A stretch of DNA of 63,949 bases, filler included, from Octopus bimaculoides (Eukaryota), in NCBI RefSeq assembly GCF_001194135.2. It is 6 parts of 6 records of this genome, joined end to end, with 100 filler letters (N's around TTAATTAATTAA, not from the genome) between each part and the next. Parts side by side here need not be neighbours in the genome. Positions count along the whole stretch, not along the records: positions 16,417 to 32,805 come from NC_068982.1; positions 32,906 to 38,629 come from NC_068993.1; 4 more parts are not named here. One strand, given 5' to 3'. The position numbers and the translations under genes are program-made. The notes below the pieces were generated by a model. The model did not search any database and was not told the DNA's origin. It saw nothing but the letters and a program-made list of their open reading frames with translations. Below are positions 26,040 to 37,583 of the stretch, piece by piece (position 1 is the stretch's first letter; each line of letters opens with the position of its first letter).

Positions 26040-26400
26040 AGCTCCTCTCTTACTATGCCCTCCACCAAAAATATTCAGGAAATTTTGATTCCTCACGGCT
26101 CACTACCTTCTCCCGTGGTTCTCAAAGTAGGAAATACCTGCACCTCTCCTGCCATACCCTCCACAAAAATATTCAACAAAATTTTGTTCTCCACCACTCC
26201 CTTCTTCCGTGTTACTCAAAATAAAAAAAATACCCGCACCTCCTGCCATGTCCACCACCCAAAATATTCAGGAAACTTTTGTTCCTCACCACTCACTCCC
26301 TTCTTCCGTTGTTCTGAAAATAAGAAATTCTAGCTCCTCTCCTGTCATGCCCACCACAAAAATATTCAAGAAATTTTTCTTCCCCGCCACTCGCTCCCTT
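26040..26400. repeat. Degenerate tandem repeat, four units of about 95-98 bp
   Basis: The anchor ATATTCA recurs at 26071, 26169, 26264 and 26362; a related unit lies near 25440-25535. Confidence 0.85.
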
Positions 26401-26675
26401 CTTAATTTCATTCATCATCATCATCATCATCATCATCATGTAAGTATCACTGTCACACAAACATAATAGCTGTAGATAAATGTCATTACCATTGAAATGG
26501 TGGTCTGCTTATGGGGAAATATTACCTTGCTTGCAAATAAGTGAGGGTTAGCGACAGGAAGGACATGCAACTGTAGAAAAATCTTCCTCAACAAATTCCT
26601 CTGACCCATGCAAGCATGGAAAAGTGGACGTTTTATCGTCCTCCCTTTCATGCTCGTACGAGTTTACTTTTTTCC

Positions 26676-27072
26676 TTTTATCCTGTTTCAGTCATTAGAC
26701 TGCGGCCATACTGGAGCATCGCCTTGAAGAAGTTTTTGTCGAACTAATCGACCGCAATACTTATTTTCTTTTGCAGCCTGCTACTTATTCTGTCGGCTTC
26801 TTTCGCCGAACTCCTAAGTTACGGGGCCGTAAATACACTAACACAGGTTCCCAAGCGGTGGCGGGGGGACAAACCCAGAGACAAACACATACACACACAC
26901 ACACATATACGAAGGGTTTCTTTTAGTTTCCGTCTATCAAACCACTCACAAGGCTTGGGTCAGCCCGAGGCAACAGAAGAAGACACTTGCCTAAGGTGCC
27001 ACGCAATGGGAGTGAACCCCAGACCATGGAGTTGGGAAGCAAACTTTTTACCATACAGCAACACCTGCGCCT
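26676..27072 (-). mobile_element. SINE family A, near full length
   Basis: Tail motif CAGTCATTAGACTGCGGCCATACTGGAGCA through to the head; internal (CA)n. Confidence 0.85.
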
Positions 27073-27658
27073 ATGTGGGACGGAATTTTTTCAGCAGATC
27101 TTTCTACAGCTGGTCCTGTTACCAACCTTCACCTGCTTTCAAGTAAGGTTATATTTCTGCATGACTAGCCATGTTTTTGTAAAATATTGGAAACGAAGAA
27201 CACTGCTTGCACGATGGTAACAGTATAGCGGGGGGCACTCTTCTCCAGAAATGTTAGGGAATGCGTGTGTAAAGACATCTCTTCTTCATCTTTTATATGT
27301 TTGTCTTTGCACACGCAGCCACTAATCTTTCTGGATAAGAGTACCCCTCGCTATACTGGTTAGTATATATTCAACACTGGAACTAACATCCATTTTCCCT
27401 CGCCATAGATTACATTCAACCCATTCTCTCTGTCTTGATTCTGCTAATAGAAAGTACTGATTTTCTTCATTTGTTCACGAATTTACCTTACGAATACCTA
27501 TTGTAATTGGATTTTTAATTGGATTTCTCCTCCCTTTCTAGAAAAAAATGAACCACAATAATATCATTGATGAGGAATCTTCATCTACTGTTATATATGT
27601 TTAATCTATCACTTTCGGCAAATGTAAATATTTTGCAATTTTCTTTAATTATTCAAAG

Positions 27659-28231
27659 ATGGCTGATAAAGAAGCCATTGACAATGGGACGTGTTCCTTG
27701 CCGGAGAAAAATGAGAACAAAGATTTAGAATGGCCTACACTTAATGACGTCACCGAGGCGAATACTGTTTTGTCTCTAAGCAACGTCAAAACGTTCGGTG
27801 ACGACAACAACAGCAGCAACAGCAGCTGCAGTGACAACAACAACAACAACAACCACAACAACAACGATACTAAAGAAGTAAAGCTTAGAAACCCGAATAT
27901 CGCCACTGCCACCGTCACCAAAACCGCCTCCGCTGTAATTTCTTTTGCGATTGTTGCGGGAAATTTGGAGGATTTCCGCATAAACGAAGATTTTAACATG
28001 GTAGGGAAAATTGTTAAAAGGAATGGGAGAAAGGTAACTTTAAACCCTCCCTCCGACGTGATAGAGAATATTTTGAGATGCACTGTCACATACCGCTGCA
28101 TCGGAGTTAAATCACGCCGTGTGGAAAATGCCCTTGAGAGTAAAATACAAAAATGTGTAGCGCACGCTTTAAGGGATACTTCTCTCTCTCTCTTTCTGTT
28201 ATATATACATGGATACGGACGTAGTGGATAA
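27659..28231 (+). mobile_element. 190-codon ORF, probable LINE (Tx1/L1-type) ORF1 N-terminal remnant
   Basis: Low-complexity N/S/T N-terminus, then DVIENILRCTVTYR...VENALESKIQK resembling ORF1 RRM-like segments; lies just upstream of a Tx1 fragment on the same strand. Family assignment is inference. Confidence 0.4.
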
Positions 28232-29099
28232 CAGCTAGCCTTCGGCCGCACTTTTGGTCCCTGTTGTGTCCACCACTCTGATTGGTTGGTATTGGCACAT
28301 TTTATCTCCTGTTCTATTGCGCGCCAAGATGCAACCCAACCAATCCAAGCCTTCAGATAAGGTCGCGTGAGACAGTCTTTCTGAACCCCAGTTTGCGCCG
28401 ACAGTATGATATAAATAGCTAGTTTCTCACCGTCACAGTTGTCATTCTTCTCGGCTTCAGACCTTCTGAGGTCTAGCCGCTGACCACAGAGCACACAGCC
28501 AGTTCCAGCGACGACACAACAGCAGCCACCTGGAGAACATCGACACTTCGTTCTGCAGCTTACGGACTCCATCTTCTTAGCGTCTACAACAACTTCTTGC
28601 TACGCACACAGCAACCAACAGCATTCGCACAGGTTCTATCTCAACACTGTTTGTGAATTACTTCACCATGGTTAACAGTGAATACAACCTGAGAGAACTC
28701 CTGTACCAAGTAACCGGGAGCAGCATTGAAGCCACAACTTCTTACACGACATGTGCCTCTCCTCTGGCCCTGCTACGCGGCCTCAACCACTGTGTACCTT
28801 GAATACGAACTGGTATTTTATCATCCTTGTGTCTGGACTTTCTCTCAACGTCCTTATAGATTCTTTTCTATGCTCTGTATTTCTCGCACACACATACCCA
28901 CATGTTTGTATACACATACACTTTGTTTACATGACGGCCTGTCAAATATTATGTTTATATGTCGCACTCACACACACAGACACACATGTTGACATGTCAA
29001 TAAAATCTTCTGTTAAACCTTCTACCGGTTGTGTCCCTCTTTTCCTTCTGGCACTTACACTCATTTATCCTCTTTCCATATTTTTATTTGTATCGACCG

Positions 29100-31480
29100 T
29101 GCGATGTACTAAAGGAGCCATTCTTCGTCACCTCTCCTGATCGCACGGTCCTTACAAATGTCTTGGGCGCGTGTGGGAATAGAAGACCCATATCTCTGAG
29201 GAGAGAAGTTTGGAACTATTGAGGTAAGATTTGGGACGGAAGAAGAAGCCAGGTTCCATTCCGCAACCACTTGGAGGAATGAAAACTTCTTAATCCCCAA
29301 CGATCGCGGTCAACGCCTTGCTAAAGTTAGTGTGTTGAATATACCGCCAGAAATATCCATCACCTGGTTAGTGGTGGCCATCATGGCAGGTTTAGAAGAA
29401 GATGAAGTGACAATCTTGGAGACCAAGAAAATACCTAAGCAAAACTGGTCAGGTATAAGTACTGAACTGACCTTACAATGTAAGCATGACCATATCGACC
29501 CGATCTAATCGATCTACTAGATGGTACTCACCTGTAAACGTTAGAGGAGGGTAGAAAGCCAAGATGTCACATATGTGAATCTGTGACTGAAACCAGAAAA
29601 TTGCCTTGAAACAAGAAAAACTAAACTCCCTCGTTCTCAGAAGCTGGATTGCTGCAATGCACAGCGGCACCTGCTCGGTGGCCACCTATCGGAACCGTTT
29701 AATATCGTACGTTTGGTCCGTCAGGGCTGCCCGCTGTCACCTCTTCTGTATATGTTGGCTCACGAGCTACTACTGCGGAAGATGGAACAGTTAAGAGGCC
29801 TCCCTTTCGAAATTGGACTCGGGAGCGCAGTGTCGGTGTACACGGACGATATCACCGTCATGGTGTCGGACGCCTCCAAAGTGCAGACGGCCGGCTCCAT
29901 TGTAAGGGAATATGAGTCAGTTGCAGGAGTCTAAATCAACGCCGACAAGTCGGTGGGATTGCGACTGGGCACCTGGAGAGGCAGATCGATGGACTGACGG
30001 ACCAGTTAAACTGCTCGAGGTCTACTTCGGTCCCGACCTCCAGGTGGATATGAATTAGGAAGATATGACGAACAGGCTGGCCTGCCTTNNNNNNNNNNNN
30101 NNNNNNNNNNNNNNNNNNNNNNNNNNNNNNNNNNNNNNNNNNNNNNNNNNNNNNNNNNNNNNNNNNNNNNNNNNNNNNNNNNNNNNNNNNNNNNNNNNNN
30201 NNNNNNNNNNNNNNNNNNNNNNNNNNNNNNNNNNNNNNNNNNNNNNNNNNNNNNNNNNNNNNNNNNNNNNNNNNNNNNNNNNNNNNNNNNNNNNNNNNNN
30301 NNNNNNNNNNNNNNNNNNNNNNNNNNNNNNNNNNNNNNNNNNNNNNNNNNNNNNNNNNNNNNNNNNNNNNNNNNNNNNNNNNNNNNNNNNNNNNNNNNNN
30401 NNNNNNNNNNNNNNNNNNNNNNNNNNNNNNNNNNNNNNNNNNNNNNNNNNNNNNNNNNNNNNNNNNNNNNNNNNNNNNNNNNNNNNNNNNNNNNNNNNNN
30501 NNNNNNNNNNNNNNNNNNNNNNNNNNNNNNNNNNNNNNNNNNNNNNNNNNNNNNNNNNNNNNNNNNNNNNNNNNNNNNNNNNNNNNNNNNNNNNNNNNNN
30601 NNNNNNNNNNNNNNNNNNNNNNNNNNNNNNNNNNNNNNNNNNNNNNNNNNNNNNNNNNNNNNNNNNNNNNNNNNNNNNNNNNNNNNNNNNNNNNNNNNNN
30701 NNNNNNNNNNNNNNNNNNNNNNNNNNNNNNNNNNNNNNNNNNNNNNNNNNNNNNNNNNNNNNNNNNNNNNNNNNNNNNNNNNNNNNNNNNNNNNNNNNNN
30801 NNNNNNNNNNNNNNNNNNNNNNNNNNNNNNNNNNNNNNNNNNNNNNNNNNNNNNNNNNNNNNNNNNNNNNNNNNNNNNNNNNNNNNNNNNNNNNNNNCCG
30901 TGATAAACTCTACAGGCACGGATGTGCTGTCAGACGGTCTTGTCTGAGGTGCTCGCAGAGCGACGAAACCGTTCTGCATGCACTCGTTCAGTGTCCGGGC
31001 ATTGCTGACTTGTGGAGTTATGTCAAACAGCTGCTGTCGCGTGTAGGACAGATCCGTCTGTCGTCCGAGTCCATAATGATGATTGCCCCGCCGGCCTTCT
31101 TTGATCGGGCAAGCAAGGCAGTTTTTCTTTGTCAGGTGACTGCAGCGAAAGAGGTTGTCTGGTGGACTAGGATCAAAGGAATGAGGACAGAAATATTCCT
31201 CTCTAGTAAAGACTTCATCGACTTTTTCAAGTTTCACTTGAAAAGGAAAGTGAAGTGCTGTCCTCGAGTGAATTTATGAAAAGGTCATGAAAGCTGCGAA
31301 AATGGCAAGAGTGGACGGTACCACTCTCAGTGTAGACCTATGAATCGGAAAAAAGGGATTTGGAGAGGGCACTCATCATTAGTATTCAGGGTGATCTTGG
31401 ATGGTGGGGTTCCTCAATTATCCCCAGAGGTCCTCCTGTATCAGGAGGATTCCATCACTGTCACTGTTTTTTTCTTCTAG
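29100..31480 (+). mobile_element. Tx1/L1-clade LINE, internally deleted and frameshifted
   Basis: ORF1-like GEKFGTIEVRF...KVSVLNIPPEIS...EGRKPRCHIC (29203-29600); RT VRQGCPLSPLLY, YTDD (29839), INADKS; after the gap, the C-terminal CLRCSQSDETVLHALVQC zinc motif (30898-31279). Confidence 0.88.
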
Positions 31481-31490
31481 TGCTGTATAC

Positions 31491-31680
31491 TTCAGTTCTA
31501 TATTTAAGAGATGAGGAATTATGTACATTATTTACATTATTTACAATTGACGGATATTTGTCCTCATCTTGTTTGTTGTTAACTCAACGTTTTGGCTGAT
31601 ATACCCTCCAGCCTTCATCAGGTGTCTTGGGGAAATTTCGAACCTGGGTTCTCATTCCTGAGGTATTTTTCGATGTTGTA

Positions 31681-31728
<48 letters not shown>

Positions 31729-31800
31729 TTCACTACCTGGAATTGAACTCGGAATCTTGGGGTTAGTAGCCCGTGCTCTTAACCACTACGCCATATGCCC
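31491..31800 (-). mobile_element. tRNA-headed, hammerhead-bearing SINE-like element, left copy
   Basis: Head GGGCATATGGCGTAGTGGTTAAGAGCACGGGCTACTAACCCCAAGATTCCGAGTTCAATTCC (A and B boxes), then (AAT)n, a body with GACAC-CTGATGA-AGGCTG...CAGCC-AAAAC-GTT-GAGT, and a TGTAAATAA-repeat tail. Confidence 0.8.
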
Positions 31801-31802
31801 AC

Positions 31803-31844
31803 GGACATATGGCGTAGATTCCGAGTTCAATTCCAGGTAGTGAA

Positions 31845-31914
<70 letters not shown>

Positions 31915-32072
31915 GCAACATCGAAAAATACCTCAGGAGTGAGAACCCAGGTTCGAAATTTCCCCAAGATACCTAATGAAGGTTGGAGGGTATATCAGCC
32001 GAAACGTTGTGTTAATAACAAACAAGATGAGGACAAATATCCGTCAATTGTAAATGATGTAAATGATGTACA
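31803..32072 (+). mobile_element. tRNA-headed, hammerhead-bearing SINE-like element, right (inverted) copy with a 30-bp deletion in the head
   Basis: Inverted match to 31522-31800; hammerhead at 31968-32012: GATAC-CTAATGA-AGGTTG...CAGCC-GAAAC-GTT-GTGT. Confidence 0.8.
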
Positions 32073-32224
32073 ATGTATATTTCCCCTCTTTTAATGTATA
32101 CCGTGTATACTTTTTTTCCCTATTATATGCAAGCTCCCACACCTTATGTCTGTCTTTGTATTGTCCCCCTCATCCTTCGCCCTGGTGGCAAATAAAAGAA
32201 ATCATTATGATTATTATTATTATT

Positions 32225-32432
32225 AAGGTGGCGAGCTAGCAGAAGTGTTAGCATGTCGACATTGGGGAAAATGCTTGGTGGCATTTTATCTGTCTTCAAG
32301 TTCTGAGTTGAAATCCTGTTGAGGTCGACTTTGCTTTTCATCCTTTTGGGGTCGATAAAATGAGTACCAGTTGAAAACTGGAGCCGATGTAATTGACTTA
32401 CTCCTTCCCTGAAATTACTGGTTATATGCTTA
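32225..32432 (+). mobile_element. SINE family B
   Basis: AAGGTGGCGAGCTAGCAGAA head and GAGGTCGACTTTGCTTTTCATCCTTTTGGGGTCGATAAAATGAGTACCAG core. Confidence 0.85.
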
Positions 32433-32444
32433 AAGACCCTGCAA

Positions 32445-32805
32445 ATGGACAGAGACTTAGAGACAAGTTACAAGTTACTTGAAGCATTTGACGAAATAGA
32501 AGGGGATATAGCATCATACAACGTAGAAGACAATTGGAGATTTCTGCGGGACAACCTGCTGAGAGCCACCGACCAGATCTGTGGCTGGTGTAAAGTCCCC
32601 TCTCGACCCAGAGTAACGTGGTGGTGGAACAAGGAGGTAGACGGGCTATTAGACAAAAGAAACAGGCTTGGAAGGACTGGAAGAACGGTGGTAGCAGGGA
32701 ATTGTACCAATCTGCCAGAAGGGAAGCTAGGCGACAGGTTTATTTAGCCAGAGGGGAAGCAGATAAGAAAAGATTTGCCAATGTTCTGCGCCGTGAGGAC
32801 CAAAG
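32445..32805 (+). mobile_element. RTE-clade LINE fragment (region between endonuclease and RT), cut by spacer 2
   Basis: WRFLRDNLLRATDQICG...RVTWWWNKEV / AIRQKKQAWKDWKNGGSRELYQSARREARRQV, a typical RTE linker with one frameshift. Confidence 0.75.
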
Positions 32806-32905
32806 NNNNNNNNNNNNNNNNNNNNNNNNNNNNNNNNNNNNNNNNNNNNTTAATTAATTAANNNNNNNNNNNNNNNNNNNNNNNNNNNNNNNNNNNNNNN
32901 NNNNN
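32806..32905. other. Artificial spacer 2
   Basis: 44N-TTAATTAATTAA(32850-32861)-44N. Confidence 0.97.
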
Positions 32906-33579
32906 TTTTATGTGTATGGTGTGTTCGATTTTGTTTTTGTTTTTTTTGTTTTGTTTTTTCTGTTTTGTTTTTTGTTTGGTTTGGGTTTTTTGCCTTCGTT
33001 TAATAAACTTTTATTTTGTCGCTGTCGTTACAATTTTAACACTACTGTTTTTGTTGTTCTTTCATTGTTTGTGGTTGTAGTGTTTACTGGTTTATTGTGC
33101 GTTAATGTGGTTATTGTTGCAAAAGAATTTCGTAGCGATGGCGTTGTTATTCTTCTTTCTCTTGTCTTTCTTTCGTTTTTCATAACTATGCAGTGCCGCC
33201 ACTTATGACTTGTCTTTTATCTTTTGTTGGTTTCAGCCATTGGACTGTAGCCATGCTAGGGTACTGCCTTGGTGGGTTTTAGTCAAAGACATCGATCCTA
33301 ATTATTGTTTTGCAAAATGTACTACTTATTCTATCTGTTCTTCTGCTGAACTACAAGACTACGAAGCCGTAAAGGGGCCAGAACTGGTAGTTAAATGGTG
33401 GTGGAAGGACAATCACAGATACAAAATTCATGCAAATTTCCTAATATCATCGAGGAAATTTTCGATGAAAATAGTCTAAGTATTCTTTATGTAGTGAAAT
33501 GTAGTGAATATATATTTAATTTACATAAACTACGTTGTTGTTTTTCTTGTTTAATCCGAGGTTGTTCCTTGTTAACAGT

Positions 33580-33784
33580 GAAGGCGCGTGGCTTAGTGGT
33601 TAGGGCACTTATTTCGGAGGGCCAGCCTTGTCACACTCTGTGTCATGCTGAATATCCCTGAGAACTACGTTAGGGGTACGCATGTCTGTGGATTGCTCAG
33701 CCATTTACACGTTAATTCCACGAGCAGGCTGTTCCGCTGATCGGATCAGCTAGGACCCTCGTCGTCGTAACCAACGGAGTGCTC
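33580..33784 (+). mobile_element. SINE family C-related, internally deleted
   Basis: A-box head GGCGCGTGGCTTAGTGGTTAGGGC joined to the CAGCCTTGTCACACT...GTCGTCGTAACCAACGGAGTGC 3' half. Confidence 0.75.
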
Positions 33785-35547
33785 CTTTTTTCTTTGGTAA
33801 CTAGACATACGTTCAAGGAAGCTTCAGCCTCAGCTTTTGCTCAAGTATTTTCCTCAAGCTTTTCCTCAAGAATTTTCCTATGCACCATTTTCCTATGCGC
33901 CATTCTCTTCATTAAATCACATTTGGCTGCTGTTTATTGCGGTTATCATGCATCAGCTTAACAGAAACCATATTTATAGATTCTCTACTGAATTTATGCA
34001 AATTCTTTCCAAATATATCATCGGCGTATTTTATTCATACGCATTTAACATGTCAAGCAGTAGCTTTGATCCATTTTATAATTCTCTAAATTCGATGCCT
34101 CGTCGTTTTGTACAAGGCAATATTGTACTTGGCTTTTTGCATTTGAAAACAAGATTTATGACAATAGAATGATTTACTGTTGTCATCTTGAGAGACTATG
34201 GAAAGTAAAAATCACAGTTTTGATGTAAGGGACTTTCACACCAAACATCGCGACAACTAAGCTGTTGGTGGATTTATATTATCAAAGAATCAGAAGCGAA
34301 TTTTGAGCCTGCTACGATATTTTACTTCGTATTCTACATAGAAAAATAAGAACCATTTCGGCTATAAAGATGTCTGCGTTTAGTTAATAGAAATCATTAT
34401 ATGATTTGTCTAAATCAGCTTATGGAACTGTAAAGAATAAAAAACAAAAATATGAGTTCTGTTTATTTCAAAGTCGTTGCCGCAATCAAAAATAAAATGA
34501 AACAAATAAAGAAAACGGTTTACTTTGATTTCATATAAGAACGTTGGCAGTTTTCCATAATTCACCATGAGAGTGTTAACTGGATAGAATTATGTGTAGC
34601 AGTTCAAATTACCATCAAGTTTCTTTGCTGAGTTGTAGACTAGCGACGTTTGGCAAATTTCAATGGTATTAGGTATTTGTTGTCGGAAGATGTTCGGTTG
34701 ATGGAAGGAAAAAGAGAAAAAGAAAAAGAGAGAGAGAGTTAGGTATGTAGAAATGTAAGAGACAGATGAAAATTGAGAAGGAAACAAACAGGAGATGGGG
34801 GTGTAATGAGGGGAAAAGTGTGTGGAACCACCAGTACAGTGTACTAGTTTCGAATTTAGAGCGGCAGACGACGTCTTAATTGTGGAAAACAAAACATTGA
34901 AAATAAAGTATCAAAACGAAAAGAAGACGGAAGAAAATTCAATAACAAAATGAATATTATCACAACTGAGACCGAATCACTATAAACAACATCAACAACA
35001 ACAACAATAGTATCAATAACTACAGTAACAACAACAACAACATCACCGCACCATCACTAGCAACATCGCCACCATCGCCAATGAAAAATATCGCCGTCAA
35101 CAACAAAATGAAACCTTTCCGACGACAAATCCAATTATCAACAATGACATTGACGGTTGGTCTCTTGTCTTTGACTCTCTTGACCATGATGACGGCGACG
35201 ACGGATGTGACGGCGACGGACGCACACGGCCACGATAACAACGACGACGACCACCACCACCACCACCACCACCACTACCATCGCCCTTTATCATCACGGC
35301 GATTGATAAGGATGATGATCAGGAGGATCACGATGGTGGTGGAGGTGACGATGGGGAAGACGGAGTATAAAATAAAAAGGAGCAGGATTTTTGAGAGGAT
35401 GGTATTGTCACTAGTGGGGACGGTGGGGATTGTGTGGTGAGAGTGGTGGAGGGTGGACAGCATAATTATTTCGTTGGCAGTGGACATGATGACGGTGATG
35501 ATGATGACAATGACGACGATGATGATGATGATAAGGAGGAGGAGGAG

Positions 35548-35597
<50 letters not shown>

Positions 35598-35745
35598 CAG
35601 ATAGACAGACAGACAGACAGACAGGCAGGCAACAGACAAGCAGGCAACAGACAGGCAGGCAACAGACAGGCAGGCAGACAGATCGATAGATAGATAGATA
35701 GGTTGATAGACAGACAGACAGACATATAGATAGATAGATAGGTAG
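35548..35745. repeat. (GATA)n/(GACA)n/(GGCA)n compound tetranucleotide array
   Basis: Seen directly; similar arrays at 38350-38620 and 42145-42270. Confidence 0.95.
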
Positions 35746-36069
35746 GTCTCCATCAGGCTAAATCTGTAGGCATACGTGTGTCTATTTGCTCTGCAATTAT
35801 GATATTAAACTATACTGGAGCACTTCATATCCTGATTCATTGTTGGCTATTTATCGACTATTGTATCATATTTTACTTCATATTAGATTATATAGAATAT
35901 CTGATATTTAATACATATATCTTTAAACTCCATAATAGAAGCTTCTGAATATATTATTTTTAGCAGATATTTGAGATTTCTGCCGCTATTTTTATATTAA
36001 CGAGAATGCAAGTTTAAAAATGATATTGCGGTCATTTTGAACAATTCTTGTTTGGATTTATTGCAAACG

Positions 36070-36560
36070 GAGGTTTAGCACGCGCCATTTTGGGCCTCTC
36101 CATGAATAACTTCCAACAACTAGAAAAGCAGTCGAAGAGCGCAGGCCTCTGCCAAGCAGCTCATTTCCACCCATTTACCCGCATGCTGAAAATCGCCCGA
36201 TTTCCCAAAGCAACGCCGGCGAGAACAAACTTGTTGGCGGGGGTAAAAAAAAAAATAACAGCCATATGATTTTTTTTTTTTTTAAAGCCCTTTAAAAACN
36301 NNNNNNNNNATGATACAAACAATGATAGGATCGACAATATAAACATAGTACCATGGAAAGAGCCAGCGAGGGATGCCTTTGCGCAGACGTGCAACCTCCT
36401 AGAAATAACAATCAGGTTACCCTCGTGGAAATGAGTCGCAGCTATCTCTAGCGGTCGATAGTCCATCGTTGATAACAACAAAGAAGGTCGTAATCACGTG
36501 GTCTGGCAGTCTCAAAGCTGGAAGTGGTGGGGATTTATCATCCCGCTAGCGATATAAACA
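36070..36560. promoter_or_regulatory. Apparently single-copy CpG-retaining segment with promoter/enhancer-type motifs
   Basis: CGCCATTTT (YY1-like) 36083, TTGGCGGG (E2F-like) 36234, CACGTG 36495; no similarity to other repeats in the window. Confidence 0.25.
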
Positions 36561-37285
36561 AGAGGGCATTTTGCACCAAAAGCCCCTATGAGAGTTTGTC
36601 TCATGGTTTGTACCGCAGTATAGTTTGTGCCAACAAAACCTCCACGTTTAAGTGGTGATAAATGTTCCCTCCAGATATTAATGCTGCGTTTTTGCTGATA
36701 TACGACTTTTGTTAAGGTCCACTTGAAGAGAAAAGCGATGAAGGAGATGAAAGAGTTACCTCCCAGTGAATTTGTGAAAAAAGTATAGGTGACTTTGGTA
36801 AAAAAAAAAAAAGGTTAGAATGAATGCCCCTACTCTAAGTATGGCTCTGTAGTTTGGAGAGAGACAAAAAGAGAAAGGGGAGAAGAGAAAGAAATAGAGA
36901 GAGAGAGAGGAAAAGAGAGAAAGAGATGCATACACAATGAATTTCGTTGTATAATACCATTAAATCTCATTATCTACAATATGTAAATGAGTGCCATTTT
37001 ATAGTTAATTAATATACTCTGTGTATATATATCTTAGAGAACAAGAAAGCCACTTCATGAATATTTAGTAATTTGAAAGATAAAGAGATTAGTTAGTGAA
37101 GGAGGTATGACATTCGGGTAGGAATATTAAAAGTATATATACGAAGATGCAATTAATACGTAAACTTTCAAATATCTTTACAGCGAAAGGTTCCCATTCA
37201 ACTAAGCACACACACACTTACATATGTGTGCGCTACATAGGTTTGGTGACGCAAGCCGGAAAATAAGACTCAGAACATGAATGTA

Positions 37286-37583
37286 AAGTAATCACTCGCC
37301 ATATCGCGGTTCATATATCTAGCATTCAGTATATCGCGGATTTTTCTGGCTAATATATGTAAATTTGTAGCGCAGACTCCTCAGTATGTCGCCGGTTTCT
37401 GCAGCCGATAGGTATTTATATTTTTTTTAGATTTTAATTATTTCTGTGGCAAAATAAGCATTTTCACGCCCCAAAATTAAATAAGGGTCACTAAATGTGA
37501 CTATGGTTTTATAACACTTTCGTGGCCAGAATAAGAGCTTTTATTTCTAGCAATGTAGACCTCTTATTTCTAGTCAGATTTAG
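37286..37583 (+). mobile_element. pogo/Tigger-like MITE or transposon end, running into a gap
   Basis: TA|AAGTAATCACTCGCCATATCGCGGTTCA with a repeated TATATCGCGG, resembling Tigger-type TIRs; the other TIR is not visible. Confidence 0.45.

Noticed and set aside
26040-26400. CRISPR-like appearance of regularly spaced repeats (also 50673-51210)
   Set aside because: The whole units are homologous, with no unique spacers and no cas genes, in a eukaryotic context.
27150-27560. Possible antisense ORF1 or zinc-knuckle remnant
   Set aside because: The motif is too degenerate to assign by eye.
27649-28572. 307-aa minus-strand ORF
   Set aside because: It is antisense to the ORF1-like frame, partly microsatellite-derived, and has no recognisable motif.
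31726-31800. Possible tRNA gene (ACT anticodon loop) on the minus strand
   Set aside because: The acceptor and T stems do not pair properly and it is fused to a repeat body, so it is treated as a SINE head.
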